A stretch of DNA of 64,000 nt from Alphaproteobacteria bacterium (GTDB lineage Bacteria; Pseudomonadota; Alphaproteobacteria; Bin95). The DNA lies in contig OZ224045.1 in the NCBI GenBank assembly GCA_963665325.3, positions 2,368,001-2,432,000 on the forward strand, written 5' to 3'. The first letter of the stretch is position 1. Each line of letters begins with the position of its first letter. The notes below the pieces were generated by a model. That model was not told where the DNA came from, did no database searches, and saw only the letters and a program-made list of their open reading frames with translations. Shown one piece after another: positions 30,116-39,882 of this stretch. A program made the translations under genes and the position numbers.

Positions 30116-31006
30116 CTACATCGTTGCGTCTTCGCCCGACTGTGCAGCGAAGATCGATGTGTAGCCGCCCGACCAGTCCGGCGGAATCGGGCAGGAACGG
30201 GGATCGTGGCGTGCGATGCGCGCCGGCCGCCCCCGGACCACCTCGCCCGTGTGGCAGGACGGGTCGGGATGCGGCGTGTAGGGCCGGGCGTCTGCGGCGG
30301 CGAAGGCGTTGAGCAGCAACGGTCGTCCGGCGTCGGTCCGGCTGGGGCGGGAATAGTGGAGCGTGCGGCAATTGTGGATCGAGACCGCGCCGCGCCGGCA
30401 GGTGGGGATCTCGGCATCGCCCGTGGCCAGCCCGGTGGCGTCTTCGCTCCGCAGGTGGCCCGCCCAGTTCCCGTCCGCGCCGTAGAGGTCGTAGAGCGGC
30501 CCCCTGTGGCTGCCGGGCATCATCGACATGGGGCCGTTTTCCGGGCCGGTATCGGACAGATAGGTGCCGATGGTCAGATGGTCGTAGTTGGTGTGAGGGT
30601 AGAACTGGATGTCCTGATGCCATCTGACCTCGTCGCCGCCCTCGAACCATTTGAAATTCAGCTTGGAATGGTGGAAGACGACATCGGGTCCCAGCAGGTC
30701 GGCCGCAATGTCGGCCAGCACTTCCTGCACAAAGGCCCAATAGGTCTCGTCCTGTTCGTCGGGGCGCTTGAGGCGGCGCACGCGGGGCTTGTCCGGTCCG
30801 TGTTCGGGAGCGAGGTCGAAGACATGCCCCGATTCCCGCTCGGAGCGGCTCGCGTCCACCATGCGCCCGGTGACCGCCAGCAGCCGGTCGACCCACGCCT
30901 CGGGTACTGCCCCCTCGACGAGGGCGAAACCCTTTTCGAAATAGTCGATGCGGGCCTGCTGCGGCAGGACGCGCGGCGGTTCGGCCAGAATGCGCTCCGG
31001 CGTCAT
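30116..31006 (-). CDS. Phytanoyl-CoA dioxygenase (PhyH) family
   Basis: KLNFK, WHQD, NGPMSMMPGSH, IHNCRTLH. Confidence 0.88.
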   Translation of the reverse strand: MTPERILAEPPRVLPQQARIDYFEKGFALVEGAVPEAWVDRLLAVTGRMVDASRSERESGHVFDLAPEHGPDKPRVRRLKRPDEQDETYWAFVQEVLADIAADLLGPDVVFHHSKLNFKWFEGGDEVRWHQDIQFYPHTNYDHLTIGTYLSDTGPENGPMSMMPGSHRGPLYDLYGADGNWAGHLRSEDATGLATGDAEIPTCRRGAVSIHNCRTLHYSRPSRTDAGRPLLLNAFAAADARPYTPHPDPSCHTGEVVRGRPARIARHDPRSCPIPPDWSGGYTSIFAAQSGEDATM

Positions 31007-31080
31007 GGGTCGGACCTCCGAGGATGCGTTTCGCCGAGTCTTGCAGCAGAGGACGCTCTGCCGCAAGCGGGCAACCCCGC

Positions 31081-31437
31081 ATGAACGATCTCTGGTTCCG
31101 CATTCTGCTCTTCGTCTTCTCGCCGCGCTGCTATGTGCTGCTGGCGGCGCTGGGCCTCGGTTTCCTGTTCGGCCTCCTCATGCTGTCGATCCCCGGCGCC
31201 GTCGTCTCCGATGCCGTGACGGTCCTGTTCTTCGGCGAGCGTGCGCCCGAAGCGGCCCGCTGGCCGGCAGCTATCGCCGTGAGCTGGCTGGCCCCGTGGT
31301 GCATCCCGCTGCTCTACTGGAGCCGGCGTCCCGTCCGCCGTTGGCCGCGCTGGGGACGATGGGTGTTCGGCATTGCCGCAGCGGTCGCATGGACCGTTGC
31401 CGTGGCGCTGGCGGTGGAGCTCTGGCGCCGCTTGTGA
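31081..31437 (+). CDS. Small hypothetical membrane protein
   Basis: Three to four hydrophobic segments filling the gap between neighbouring genes. Confidence 0.55.
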   Translation: MNDLWFRILLFVFSPRCYVLLAALGLGFLFGLLMLSIPGAVVSDAVTVLFFGERAPEAARWPAAIAVSWLAPWCIPLLYWSRRPVRRWPRWGRWVFGIAAAVAWTVAVALAVELWRRL

Positions 31438-31444
31438 GCCCCGC

Positions 31445-32128
31445 TCAGCGGATTGGAGAGAACGGGGTCGGCTCCAGGAGCTGGTTCGTCTGCTGCTTGA
31501 GGCTCTGGAACGGCTGGTGGCGCAGACGGAAGGCGCCCCATTCCGGGTCCTTTTCCATTCCGGCGCGCCGGCGCTCGCGGTCGCCTATGCTCTCATAGGC
31601 CCACATGAAGACAGCCTGGTTGATCGGGCCGACCTCGGTGGTCGCGAACAGCAGCATCTGACCCAGATGGCGGCGCTGGACCGCCAGGCCGACATCGCGG
31701 TAGGCGTCGAGCCAGGCGCCGGCCTTGCCGGGATGCATGTCGTAGGTGCGGTGGTCCACGATCATGCCGGTGCCAGGAAGGGTGCGCTTGAACGGCAGGT
31801 CGGCCTCGCTCTGCACCGGCGAGAAGGCGCTCGGGCGGAGAAATTTGCTTTCCTGGTATTTCAACGCTCCCAGTCCCCGGCCTTCCTTCAGGAATTCCTG
31901 CCACCCGGGGTCTTTCGCCCGCGCGGCCTGGCCGGCGTCGCGGGCATCAATGTCGTCATAGCCGCGCAGGAAGACGAAGCGGTTGACGGGGCCGATGACG
32001 GTCGTGAAGCAGCCGAGGCTCGGACCCATATGGCGGTCGGAAGCCGGCATGCCGAGTCGTCCATAGACCTCGAGCCAGGCATCCATGCGGCCGGGATGGA
32101 AGTCGTAACTGCGTTGTTCGATCAACAT
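31445..32128 (-). CDS. Tandem NIPSNAP-domain protein
   Basis: Two repeats of E/D-x-R-x-Y..PG..GPVN/GPIN..DP.W..P..FSP. Confidence 0.85.
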   Translation of the reverse strand: MLIEQRSYDFHPGRMDAWLEVYGRLGMPASDRHMGPSLGCFTTVIGPVNRFVFLRGYDDIDARDAGQAARAKDPGWQEFLKEGRGLGALKYQESKFLRPSAFSPVQSEADLPFKRTLPGTGMIVDHRTYDMHPGKAGAWLDAYRDVGLAVQRRHLGQMLLFATTEVGPINQAVFMWAYESIGDRERRRAGMEKDPEWGAFRLRHQPFQSLKQQTNQLLEPTPFSPIR

Positions 32129-32156
32129 GGGGCGAACGAGGCTCCTTCGCAGGGGA

Positions 32157-32828
32157 TCAGGGGTCGAGGCGGACCCGGTCGCCGTACCGGGTGCCGTGGT
32201 AAAGCGGTACCGGATGGGATGGATGCGGGCGGCCGACTTCGGCCGTCCGGTGCCGCACCTCCTCCAGCGCCCTGGCGGTGACGCCGGGCGTGGCGGGCAT
32301 CGCGACAGCGCGGTCGATGGCGATCCATTGCAGGTCCTGCAGTTCCCCGCTGCCGCCGAGTTCGCCCTCGGCATGGCGGCTGTCGGCGAGGAAGAAGCGC
32401 GCGTGAAAGCGCCGCACATCGCCGCGCGGCGTGATCGCCCGGAACACATAGTCGAGCACATCGAGCCTGGGGGCGAGGCCCGTCTCGTAGAAGGGATGCC
32501 AGGAGGCCGGGATGCGGTCCATATCCTGCAGTCCGTCATGCGGGGTGCCGACGGCGAGCCCCGTTTCCTCGAACGCCTCCCGGATGGCGGCCAGGCCGAG
32601 CGCGCGCGCGCGCCTTGCCGTCGCATTGCGCTGCAGGCATTCGAGCACCGGCCTGCGAAGGTCTCCCAGCGGCTGGACGCGCCCGTCTTCGGGATCGACC
32701 CTGCCGCCGGGAAACACGAACGTGTTGGGCATGAAGGCGTGGCGCGGCGACCGGCGCCCCATTAACACCTCGATTTCCTCCGCCTTCCGGCGGTAGAGAA
32801 TGAGCGTGGCGGCGTCGCGCGGTCGCAT
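32157..32828 (-). CDS. NUDIX hydrolase
   Basis: PRDAATL, FVFPGGRVD, AAIREAFEETG, RRFHARFF. Confidence 0.88.
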   Translation of the reverse strand: MRPRDAATLILYRRKAEEIEVLMGRRSPRHAFMPNTFVFPGGRVDPEDGRVQPLGDLRRPVLECLQRNATARRARALGLAAIREAFEETGLAVGTPHDGLQDMDRIPASWHPFYETGLAPRLDVLDYVFRAITPRGDVRRFHARFFLADSRHAEGELGGSGELQDLQWIAIDRAVAMPATPGVTARALEEVRHRTAEVGRPHPSHPVPLYHGTRYGDRVRLDP

Positions 32829-32936
32829 AAGGCATTCCTGAATTGCGGGGAGTCCGAGTCTGCCGGATTCCTCGCGCTGCCGACAGGGAGAATTCCGGGC
32901 TACTATCGCCGCAGCGGCACGGGGGGAGATGCAGGC

Positions 32937-34142
32937 ATGGCGAAGGCGTTCGACGGGGTGCGGGTGATCGATTTCACGCAGGTGATCGCCGGCCCGTTTT
33001 GTACGCAGCACCTGGCAATGATGGGCGCCGATGTCATCAAGCTGGAACAGCGGACCGGCGGCGACCAGGGACGCTACCTGATCGGAGACAACGATCTCGG
33101 CCGGCTCGGCATGTCGCCGATGTTCCTGTCGATCAACTCCGGGAAGCGGGCGCTTACGCTCGACCTCAAGCATCCCCGTGCCTGCGAGGTGGTGCACCGC
33201 CTTGTCGCCGGGGCGAACATTGTGGTCGAGAATTTCAAGGCTGGCACCATGGACAGGCTCGGCTTCGGCTACGAAGCGTTGAAGGCGATCCGGCCGGGCC
33301 TCGTCTTCTGTTCCATCTCGGGTTACGGGCAGACCGGCGCCTATGCCGGCGCGCCGGCCTATGACGGTGCGATCCAGGCGGCGTCGGGCATGATGTCGGT
33401 CACCGGCCATCCCGACACCGGGCCGGTGCGGGCGGGCTTTACGGCGGTGGATCTCTCCACGGGCATTACCGCCGCCTTCGCCTGCGCCTCGGCGCTCTAC
33501 CGCCAGAAGGCGACGGGCGAGGGCCAGCATCTCGACGTGACCATGTTCGAGGCGTCGCTCTCAATGCTCGCCCCGCTGCTGATCGACTACCTGACCACCG
33601 GCAGTCTGGCCCGGCCGGTCGGCAACTCATCGCCGGCGCGGATCCCGACGGCGGACTCATTCCGCGTCAAGGACGGATCGCTCCTGATGACCTGCCTGAC
33701 CGAGCGCCAGTGGCAGGGCCTCTGCGGGGCGCTCGACCGCCCAGGCCTGGCCGCCGACCCGCGCTTCGCCGACAACGAAACGCGCAAGGCAAACCAGGAG
33801 GCCCTGCGGGCGGCGCTGGAGGAAGCGTTTGCAACCGACACGCCGGACGGGTGGACGAGACGGCTGGCGGCCGCGGGCGTGCCAGCGGCGCCGATCAACG
33901 ACATTTCGCAGGCGCTGGACCATCCGGCCCTTGCCGAGCGCCGGTTCGTCGAGCGCCGCCCGGGGCCGGCCGGCATCGACCGCGACGTCTATACCGTCAA
34001 CCCGGCCTTCCTCGCCGAACCCGACGGGCCCGGGACCGCCCGCCCGCCGCCGGAGCACGGCGCGCACAGCGACGAAATCCTCTCCGAGATCGGTTATTCG
34101 GAAGCGGAGATCGGCGATCTGCGCGAGGCGGGCGCTGTCTGA
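32937..34142 (+). CDS. CaiB/BaiF family III CoA-transferase
   Basis: GVRVIDFTQVIAGP, GADVIKLE, NSGKR, SISGYGQTG. Confidence 0.92.
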   Translation: MAKAFDGVRVIDFTQVIAGPFCTQHLAMMGADVIKLEQRTGGDQGRYLIGDNDLGRLGMSPMFLSINSGKRALTLDLKHPRACEVVHRLVAGANIVVENFKAGTMDRLGFGYEALKAIRPGLVFCSISGYGQTGAYAGAPAYDGAIQAASGMMSVTGHPDTGPVRAGFTAVDLSTGITAAFACASALYRQKATGEGQHLDVTMFEASLSMLAPLLIDYLTTGSLARPVGNSSPARIPTADSFRVKDGSLLMTCLTERQWQGLCGALDRPGLAADPRFADNETRKANQEALRAALEEAFATDTPDGWTRRLAAAGVPAAPINDISQALDHPALAERRFVERRPGPAGIDRDVYTVNPAFLAEPDGPGTARPPPEHGAHSDEILSEIGYSEAEIGDLREAGAV

Positions 34143-36310
34143 GCCCGCCGCCCGCCGGGCAGGACTCCCTGCGTCGCAAACGTATCGCCCAGGTCCCGGA
34201 AGACGAGGCGAACCGTGACCCGGTTGTCCGCATCGCCTCCGGCAACCTTGTATTCCCGCTCGAGAGCCGCCTCGAACAGCAGACACTCGTCCCCGTATTT
34301 CAGGCCGGCGCCGCCGAGCAGTGAGCGGCCCGCTTCCAGATCCCGCCGGTACCGGCTGAAGGTGGACCAGTTCGTGTCCATTTCTGCGCTCAGGATGACG
34401 TCGATCTGCTCGCGTGCCTCATCTTCTCCCACCGGCATCGGATCGGGGTCGTTGACGCCGACAGCCCTGGCGTAACGGGCCTCGAAGCGCAGCGGGTCCA
34501 GGTCCACCGAAAGGTCGAGAGCGGTCTGCCGGGCGGTGAGGTCGTCCTTGTCAAGACGGAAGCGGTAGCCGAGCGAGGTCCTGTCTCCGGCGGTCAGACC
34601 GATTCTGCCGACGATATCGGAAACGGCGGTATCGAGCCCGGAGCCCGGCGGCGCATCCCGGTTCGCCTTCCGGCGCCGGCTCTGCCCGATGCCGGTTTCG
34701 ATATGCCAGTCGCTCTGGCTATGGAGACCGACCTGGAGTCCGTAATCGACGCGCTGGCCTGTCTCTGCGCCGTCCAGTCCCGGAAACCGGTTGAGCGCGA
34801 AGAGGTTGGCGAATTCGAACTCGACGGCCCGGTTGTCCTCCATGGGGAATTCGTCGGCATCGGCGCTGTTCCGGCCGAGCACGACCTGCGCCCTGGGCTC
34901 GACCGTCAGCTGCAGGTCTTCCATCCCGCCGGCCAGCAGGTAGCTCCAGCCGGCGGAGGCCTGCGGCAGCAGGCGGGCGTTGCTGTCGTCCGCGGCATTG
35001 TCCTCATGCACGAGGTCCCCATGCGCGAAGTCCGCCCGCAGGCCGGCGCCGGCTTCAAGGCGGTGGCCGCCGTCGGTGAAGCGCTCCAGCCGCCAGCGGC
35101 CCTCGAGCGTCACGCGCTGGTTTTCGTCATCGCGCCGGCGGTGCAGGGCGGCCCCGGCCGCCTGCAACAGCCATATTCCGTCCGGCGACGGGCCGCTTTG
35201 CCATTCGTAGAGGAGTTCAGGCGCCGCCAAAGGGGATGCCTCGCCCGACACGCCTTCGCGCAATTCCTGGACGTCGAATGCCCCAATACGCGCATAGCCT
35301 CGGTCGAAGAACCCTTCCGCTTCGGCGAAGCTCGGCAATGTTTCGCTGCCATCGAACCCGACCAGGTCGAGATAGCCGTCGTCCGAGGTTCGGTAGAACT
35401 CGCCCCGGAGACGCCATTCGTCGCTTGCATGCGTCTCGCCCTTGAGACGGATATGCCCGCGCGGCCCGCTGCCTGCCCGTTCCTTCGCCACCTTGTCGAG
35501 AGTCGCGAGGCTGCCGGAAACCTCCAAGCGCCCCCCATCGAACAGATGCCGGTACTCGCCAGCGCCCACAAAGCCGCGCTCAGCGACGATGATCGGAATG
35601 AAGGTCGCGTCCTCGTTCGGCGCGATATTCCAGAACCACGGCGTTTCGACCCGGGCGCCGAGGCCGCTGCGATGCCCGACCGTCGGCGCGAGGAAGCCGG
35701 TCTTGCGGGTGACGTCCGGGTCGGGGTGGCTGAGATACGGGGTGTAGAGTACCGGAACCCCCCACATCTCCAGCACGGCGTCGCGGTAAGTCACCTGCTG
35801 TTCGACCCTGTCGTGGGTGACGCGCCGAGCCTTCACCTGCCATACCGGCGCCTCGGACGGGTCCTCGCCACAGGGCTCGCAGGCGGAATACACGGCCTGG
35901 TTGAGGTCGGCCCGCGTGCCGCCGTGTAACTGTCCCCAGCTTGCCGCCAGCCGCGAACCGGTACCGAGCCGGGCCTTGAATTGCTCGACGAAACCGTCCC
36001 TGAGATCTTCGGTAAGTTCGATTGAATCCGCGAACAGGACCTCGCCGTCCGGTTCGATCAGGGTGACGTTGCCGTTCGCCCGTGCAATTCCGGTATTCCG
36101 GTCGAGAACGACCCGGTCCGCGCGCAGGACGCGCCCCTCGCGGGCCAGTTCGACATTGCCCACGGCCGTCACGACATTGCGTTCGCGATCGAAATCGAGC
36201 CGGTCGGCCTGGAAGAGGAGCGGTTCGCGCCCCGCGCCGGCGCCGGTCTGAGCCGCAGCGCCGGAGCCTATCGCCAGGCTCAACAGCAGAAGGACACGGA
36301 GCGCCTTCAC
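34094..36310 (-). CDS. lptD: LPS-assembly outer-membrane protein LptD
   Basis: Signal peptide, OstA-like N-terminus, YSACEPC, PVLYTPYLSHPDP..RKTGFL, NRFPGLD, DEC near C-terminus. Confidence 0.85.
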   Translation of the reverse strand: MKALRVLLLLSLAIGSGAAAQTGAGAGREPLLFQADRLDFDRERNVVTAVGNVELAREGRVLRADRVVLDRNTGIARANGNVTLIEPDGEVLFADSIELTEDLRDGFVEQFKARLGTGSRLAASWGQLHGGTRADLNQAVYSACEPCGEDPSEAPVWQVKARRVTHDRVEQQVTYRDAVLEMWGVPVLYTPYLSHPDPDVTRKTGFLAPTVGHRSGLGARVETPWFWNIAPNEDATFIPIIVAERGFVGAGEYRHLFDGGRLEVSGSLATLDKVAKERAGSGPRGHIRLKGETHASDEWRLRGEFYRTSDDGYLDLVGFDGSETLPSFAEAEGFFDRGYARIGAFDVQELREGVSGEASPLAAPELLYEWQSGPSPDGIWLLQAAGAALHRRRDDENQRVTLEGRWRLERFTDGGHRLEAGAGLRADFAHGDLVHEDNAADDSNARLLPQASAGWSYLLAGGMEDLQLTVEPRAQVVLGRNSADADEFPMEDNRAVEFEFANLFALNRFPGLDGAETGQRVDYGLQVGLHSQSDWHIETGIGQSRRRKANRDAPPGSGLDTAVSDIVGRIGLTAGDRTSLGYRFRLDKDDLTARQTALDLSVDLDPLRFEARYARAVGVNDPDPMPVGEDEAREQIDVILSAEMDTNWSTFSRYRRDLEAGRSLLGGAGLKYGDECLLFEAALEREYKVAGGDADNRVTVRLVFRDLGDTFATQGVLPGGRRAQTAPASRRSPISASE

Positions 36311-38064
36311 CGACCGGCCGCGTAGCCTTGCATGAGGCGGGGATTGGCGGCCGCCTTCAACAACCCGTCATCGCGCGCGCAGGCGCTGATTCGCCCGATG
36401 CTCCAGGGGCCGATGATTTCCACATCGTGACCGCGACGGCCGAGTTCAGCAACGGTGTCCGCGGGCAGGCGTTCCTCTACAGCAAGCCGGCCGGGGTCGG
36501 CCTGGCGCGGGTAGAAGGACGACGGGAAATGGTGGCTCTGGAAGGTGGGCGCATCGATTGCCGCCTGCAGGTTCATGCCGTGGTGGATATGGCGTAGGAA
36601 GAAGATCAGCGACCACTGGTCTTGCCCGTCGCCGCCCGGCGTGCCGAAGGCCATCCAGGGCTCGCCGTCGCGGAAGGCGAAGGAGGGGCTGAGCGTGGTG
36701 CGGGGCCGTTTCCCCGGCGCGAGCGAGCCCGGCAGGCCCTCTTCCAGCCAGAACATCTGCATCCGCGAGCCGAGGCAGAAGCCGAGCGAGGGGATGACGG
36801 GCGAGCTTTGCAGCCAGCCGCCGGAGGGCGTCGCCGAGACCATGTTGCCCCAGCGGTCGATCACATCGAGGTGGCAGGTGTCGCCGTCGGCCAGTGCCAT
36901 GGTGGGCTCGCCCGCGCCCAGCACCGGGCCGCGCCGCTCGCCGACGCGCACCGTCGAAGCGAAGCCGTCCACCGCGCCCGGGCGAATCTCCCGGCTGGCC
37001 TCCCCGCCGACAAGCTTGCGCCGCTCGTCGTTGTAATCGTCCGACAACAACCGCTCCATCGGCACATCGACATGGGCCGGATCGCCGTAGAACGCCTCGC
37101 GGTCGGCGAAAGCAAGTTTTGCGCATTCAACAACGACATGCGCGAAATCAGCGCCGAGCGGGTCCATGCCTTCGATGTCGAACCCCTTGAGCAGCGCCAA
37201 TTGCTGCAGGAACACGGGTGCTTGCGACCAGGGCCCGGCCTTGGCGACCCGGTAGCGGCCGTAATCGTAGGTGAGCGGTTCCTCATAACTCGCCCGCCAG
37301 TTCGCCATGTCGTCGCCGGCGAGCAGGCCCCGATGGTGCCGGCCCGAGCTGTCCATGACTTCGCTGCCGGCTGCGAAATCGGCTATCGCCGCCGCGATGA
37401 AACCCTCCTGGAAGATGCGCCGGGCCGCCTCTATCCGGTCCTCCCGCGAACGCCCGGCGGATTCGGCTTCCTCGACCAGCCGCGTCCAGGTCCGCGCGAG
37501 CGCCGGATTGCGGAACAGCTTGCCGGCCTCCGGCAGCCGCCCGCCTGGCAGATAGACCGCTGCGGACGTTGGCCATTCTTCGCGGAACAGCGCTTCCACC
37601 GAGGCGATGGTTGCGACCGCGTGGCCGACCAGCGGGTAGCCGCCGCCGGCGAATTCGATGGCGGGGCGCAGCAGCCGTGCCAGCTCCATCGTGCCGTAGT
37701 CGCGCGCGATCGACAGCCATGCATCGACCGCACCCGGAACGCAGGTCGCCAGCAGGCCGGTCCCCGGCACGATGTCGAGGCCGAGCCCGCGGAACGCGTC
37801 GATAGACGCCGCCCCGGGCGCCGGCCCCTGGCCGCAGACGACCCGCAGGCGCTCTTCGTCCGCGCTCCATATCAGCGCGGGCATGTCGCCGCCGGGGCCG
37901 TTGAGATGCGGCTCGACCACCTGCAGCGCGAAACCGGCGGCGACCGCCGCATCGAAGGCGTTGCCGCCCTCTTCCAGCACGGCCATGGCGGTGGCCGACG
38001 CGAGCCAGTGGGTTGAGGCCGCAACGCCGAAGGTGCCGAGCAATTCAGGACGAGTGGTGAACAT
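36307..38064 (-). CDS. ggt: Gamma-glutamyltransferase family
   Basis: GGNAFDAAVA, VEPHLNGPGG, DTCHLDVID (nucleophilic Thr), GTPGGD. Confidence 0.9.
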   Translation of the reverse strand: MFTTRPELLGTFGVAASTHWLASATAMAVLEEGGNAFDAAVAAGFALQVVEPHLNGPGGDMPALIWSADEERLRVVCGQGPAPGAASIDAFRGLGLDIVPGTGLLATCVPGAVDAWLSIARDYGTMELARLLRPAIEFAGGGYPLVGHAVATIASVEALFREEWPTSAAVYLPGGRLPEAGKLFRNPALARTWTRLVEEAESAGRSREDRIEAARRIFQEGFIAAAIADFAAGSEVMDSSGRHHRGLLAGDDMANWRASYEEPLTYDYGRYRVAKAGPWSQAPVFLQQLALLKGFDIEGMDPLGADFAHVVVECAKLAFADREAFYGDPAHVDVPMERLLSDDYNDERRKLVGGEASREIRPGAVDGFASTVRVGERRGPVLGAGEPTMALADGDTCHLDVIDRWGNMVSATPSGGWLQSSPVIPSLGFCLGSRMQMFWLEEGLPGSLAPGKRPRTTLSPSFAFRDGEPWMAFGTPGGDGQDQWSLIFFLRHIHHGMNLQAAIDAPTFQSHHFPSSFYPRQADPGRLAVEERLPADTVAELGRRGHDVEIIGPWSIGRISACARDDGLLKAAANPRLMQGYAAGR

Positions 38065-38133
38065 GGGCTGCGACTCTATCCGCTCGCGGGCCTGCTATAA
38101 AGCCATGCCGAACGGAAGCGGGGGAATGGCAAA

Positions 38134-39324
38134 ATGGGCGAACGGCCGATGGACGGCATCCGGGTTCTGGATGCGGCAACCTTCATTGCCGGCCCGCACG
38201 CGGCGACGATCCTGGGCGAGTTCGGCGCGGAGATCGTCAAGATCGAGCAGCCCGGCGGGGACCCATGGCGGCGCTACGGCACGCCGAGCGCCCGCGCCGA
38301 CAGCTCGCTCGCCTGGCTCAGCGAGTCGCGCAACAAGCGCTCGATCACGCTCAACCTCCGTGCGCCCGAAGGGGCTGCCCTGTTCCGCCGGCTGGCGGCG
38401 GATGCCGACGTGGTGTGCGAGAATTTCCGCCCCGGCACCATGGAGCGCTGGGGCCTCGGCTACGATGAACTGTCGGCGGCCAATCCGGGCCTCGTCATGC
38501 TGCGGGTCACCGGCTACGGCCAGACCGGGCCCTACCGCCAGCGTCCGGGCTTCGCCCGCATCGCCCACGCGTTCGGTGGCCTCACCCATCTTGCAGGCTT
38601 TCCCGGCGGTCCGCCGGTAACGCCCGGCTCGACCTCGCTCGGCGATTACATGACAGGTATGTACGGGGCGCTCGGCGTGCTGATGGCGCTCCGCGAGCGG
38701 GATCGCTCCGGCCTCGGTCAGGTCATCGACCTTGCGCTTTTCGAGCCGGTGTTCCGGGTGCTTGACGAGCTTGCGCCCGCCTACGACGCCGTGGGGACGA
38801 TACGCGGACCCGAGGGGTCGAACACGCTCAATGCCTGCCCGCACGGGCATTTTGAATGCGGCGACGGCCGCTGGATCGCCATTGCCTGCACCAGCGACAA
38901 GATGTTCGAGCGCCTGACCGGCGCCATGCAGCGGCCGGACCTGCAGGAGCGCTATGGCGAGGCCCGCGCCCGGCTGGCGGAGCGCGAGGTCGTGGACGAG
39001 GCCGTTGCGGCCTGGCTCGGCGCGGTGGACCGCGACGACGCGATGGATCGCTGCCTTGCGGCGGAGGTGCCGGTCGGGCCCGTCAACGCAGTCGATGAGA
39101 TTTTCGCCGACGCGCATTTCGCCGCGCGGGACGCGATCCTGCGGATCGACGATGCCGATACCGGGGAGATCGCGGTGCCCGGCGTCGTGCCGAAGCTCTC
39201 CCGCACGCCCGGCCGGGTGGACCGGCTGGGCCCCGCCCTCGGCGAAGCGAACGAGTCGGTTTACGGCGCGCTCGGCCTTTCTTCGGAGGACATCGCCGAA
39301 CTCGCCCGCAAGGGCGTCGTCTGA
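38134..39324 (+). CDS. CaiB/BaiF family III CoA-transferase
   Basis: GIRVLD..FIAGP, RNKRS, ENFRPG, TGYGQTGP. Confidence 0.92.
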   Translation: MGERPMDGIRVLDAATFIAGPHAATILGEFGAEIVKIEQPGGDPWRRYGTPSARADSSLAWLSESRNKRSITLNLRAPEGAALFRRLAADADVVCENFRPGTMERWGLGYDELSAANPGLVMLRVTGYGQTGPYRQRPGFARIAHAFGGLTHLAGFPGGPPVTPGSTSLGDYMTGMYGALGVLMALRERDRSGLGQVIDLALFEPVFRVLDELAPAYDAVGTIRGPEGSNTLNACPHGHFECGDGRWIAIACTSDKMFERLTGAMQRPDLQERYGEARARLAEREVVDEAVAAWLGAVDRDDAMDRCLAAEVPVGPVNAVDEIFADAHFAARDAILRIDDADTGEIAVPGVVPKLSRTPGRVDRLGPALGEANESVYGALGLSSEDIAELARKGVV

Positions 39325-39402
39325 AACGGGCTCGCCTCGACAGGCGGGTTCGGGAGTGGCTATTCTGCCAAGTCCGTTTGCCGGGCTGTAAACCGGGGGA
39401 GC

Positions 39403-39864
39403 TTGGGGGGAAGCCGTTTGCCGAAATCGGACCTGATCGCCGGTATCGTGTTGCTGGTTTTCGGCCTCGTCATGCTGGCCGTGGTTATCCCGACCCAGAC
39501 CTCCGAGGGAGGCGACGCGACTATATCGCCGGCGCTGCTGCCGCAGATCTGCTCCGTGGGGATCACCGGCCTCGCTGTCCTGCTGACCTTGCAGGCGACC
39601 GGCCGCCTGCGCCGGGGCGTGGCGGCCGGCGTCGCCGTGCCGGCGGCCGAATGGTGGTCCGCGCTTGCGGTGCTGCTTGCCGTGGTCGCGGCCATTGCGT
39701 TGTTCGTATGGGTTTCGCCGGCGGTGGCGGCCGTGCTGCTGATCGTCGGGCCGATGCTCTATATGGGCGAACGGCGCATCTGGCTGCTTGTGGGCATTCC
39801 CGCTGTGCTGATCGTCGGCGCCTGGTTCCTTTTCTACCGCGTGCTCGGCACGGCAATCGTCTGA
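39403..39864 (+). CDS. tctB: Tripartite tricarboxylate transporter TctB
   Basis: Small multi-TM protein upstream of tctA; start may be 39418. Confidence 0.75.
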   Translation: MGGSRLPKSDLIAGIVLLVFGLVMLAVVIPTQTSEGGDATISPALLPQICSVGITGLAVLLTLQATGRLRRGVAAGVAVPAAEWWSALAVLLAVVAAIALFVWVSPAVAAVLLIVGPMLYMGERRIWLLVGIPAVLIVGAWFLFYRVLGTAIV

Positions 39865-39882
39865 CGACGGAGGGCTTTCGCT

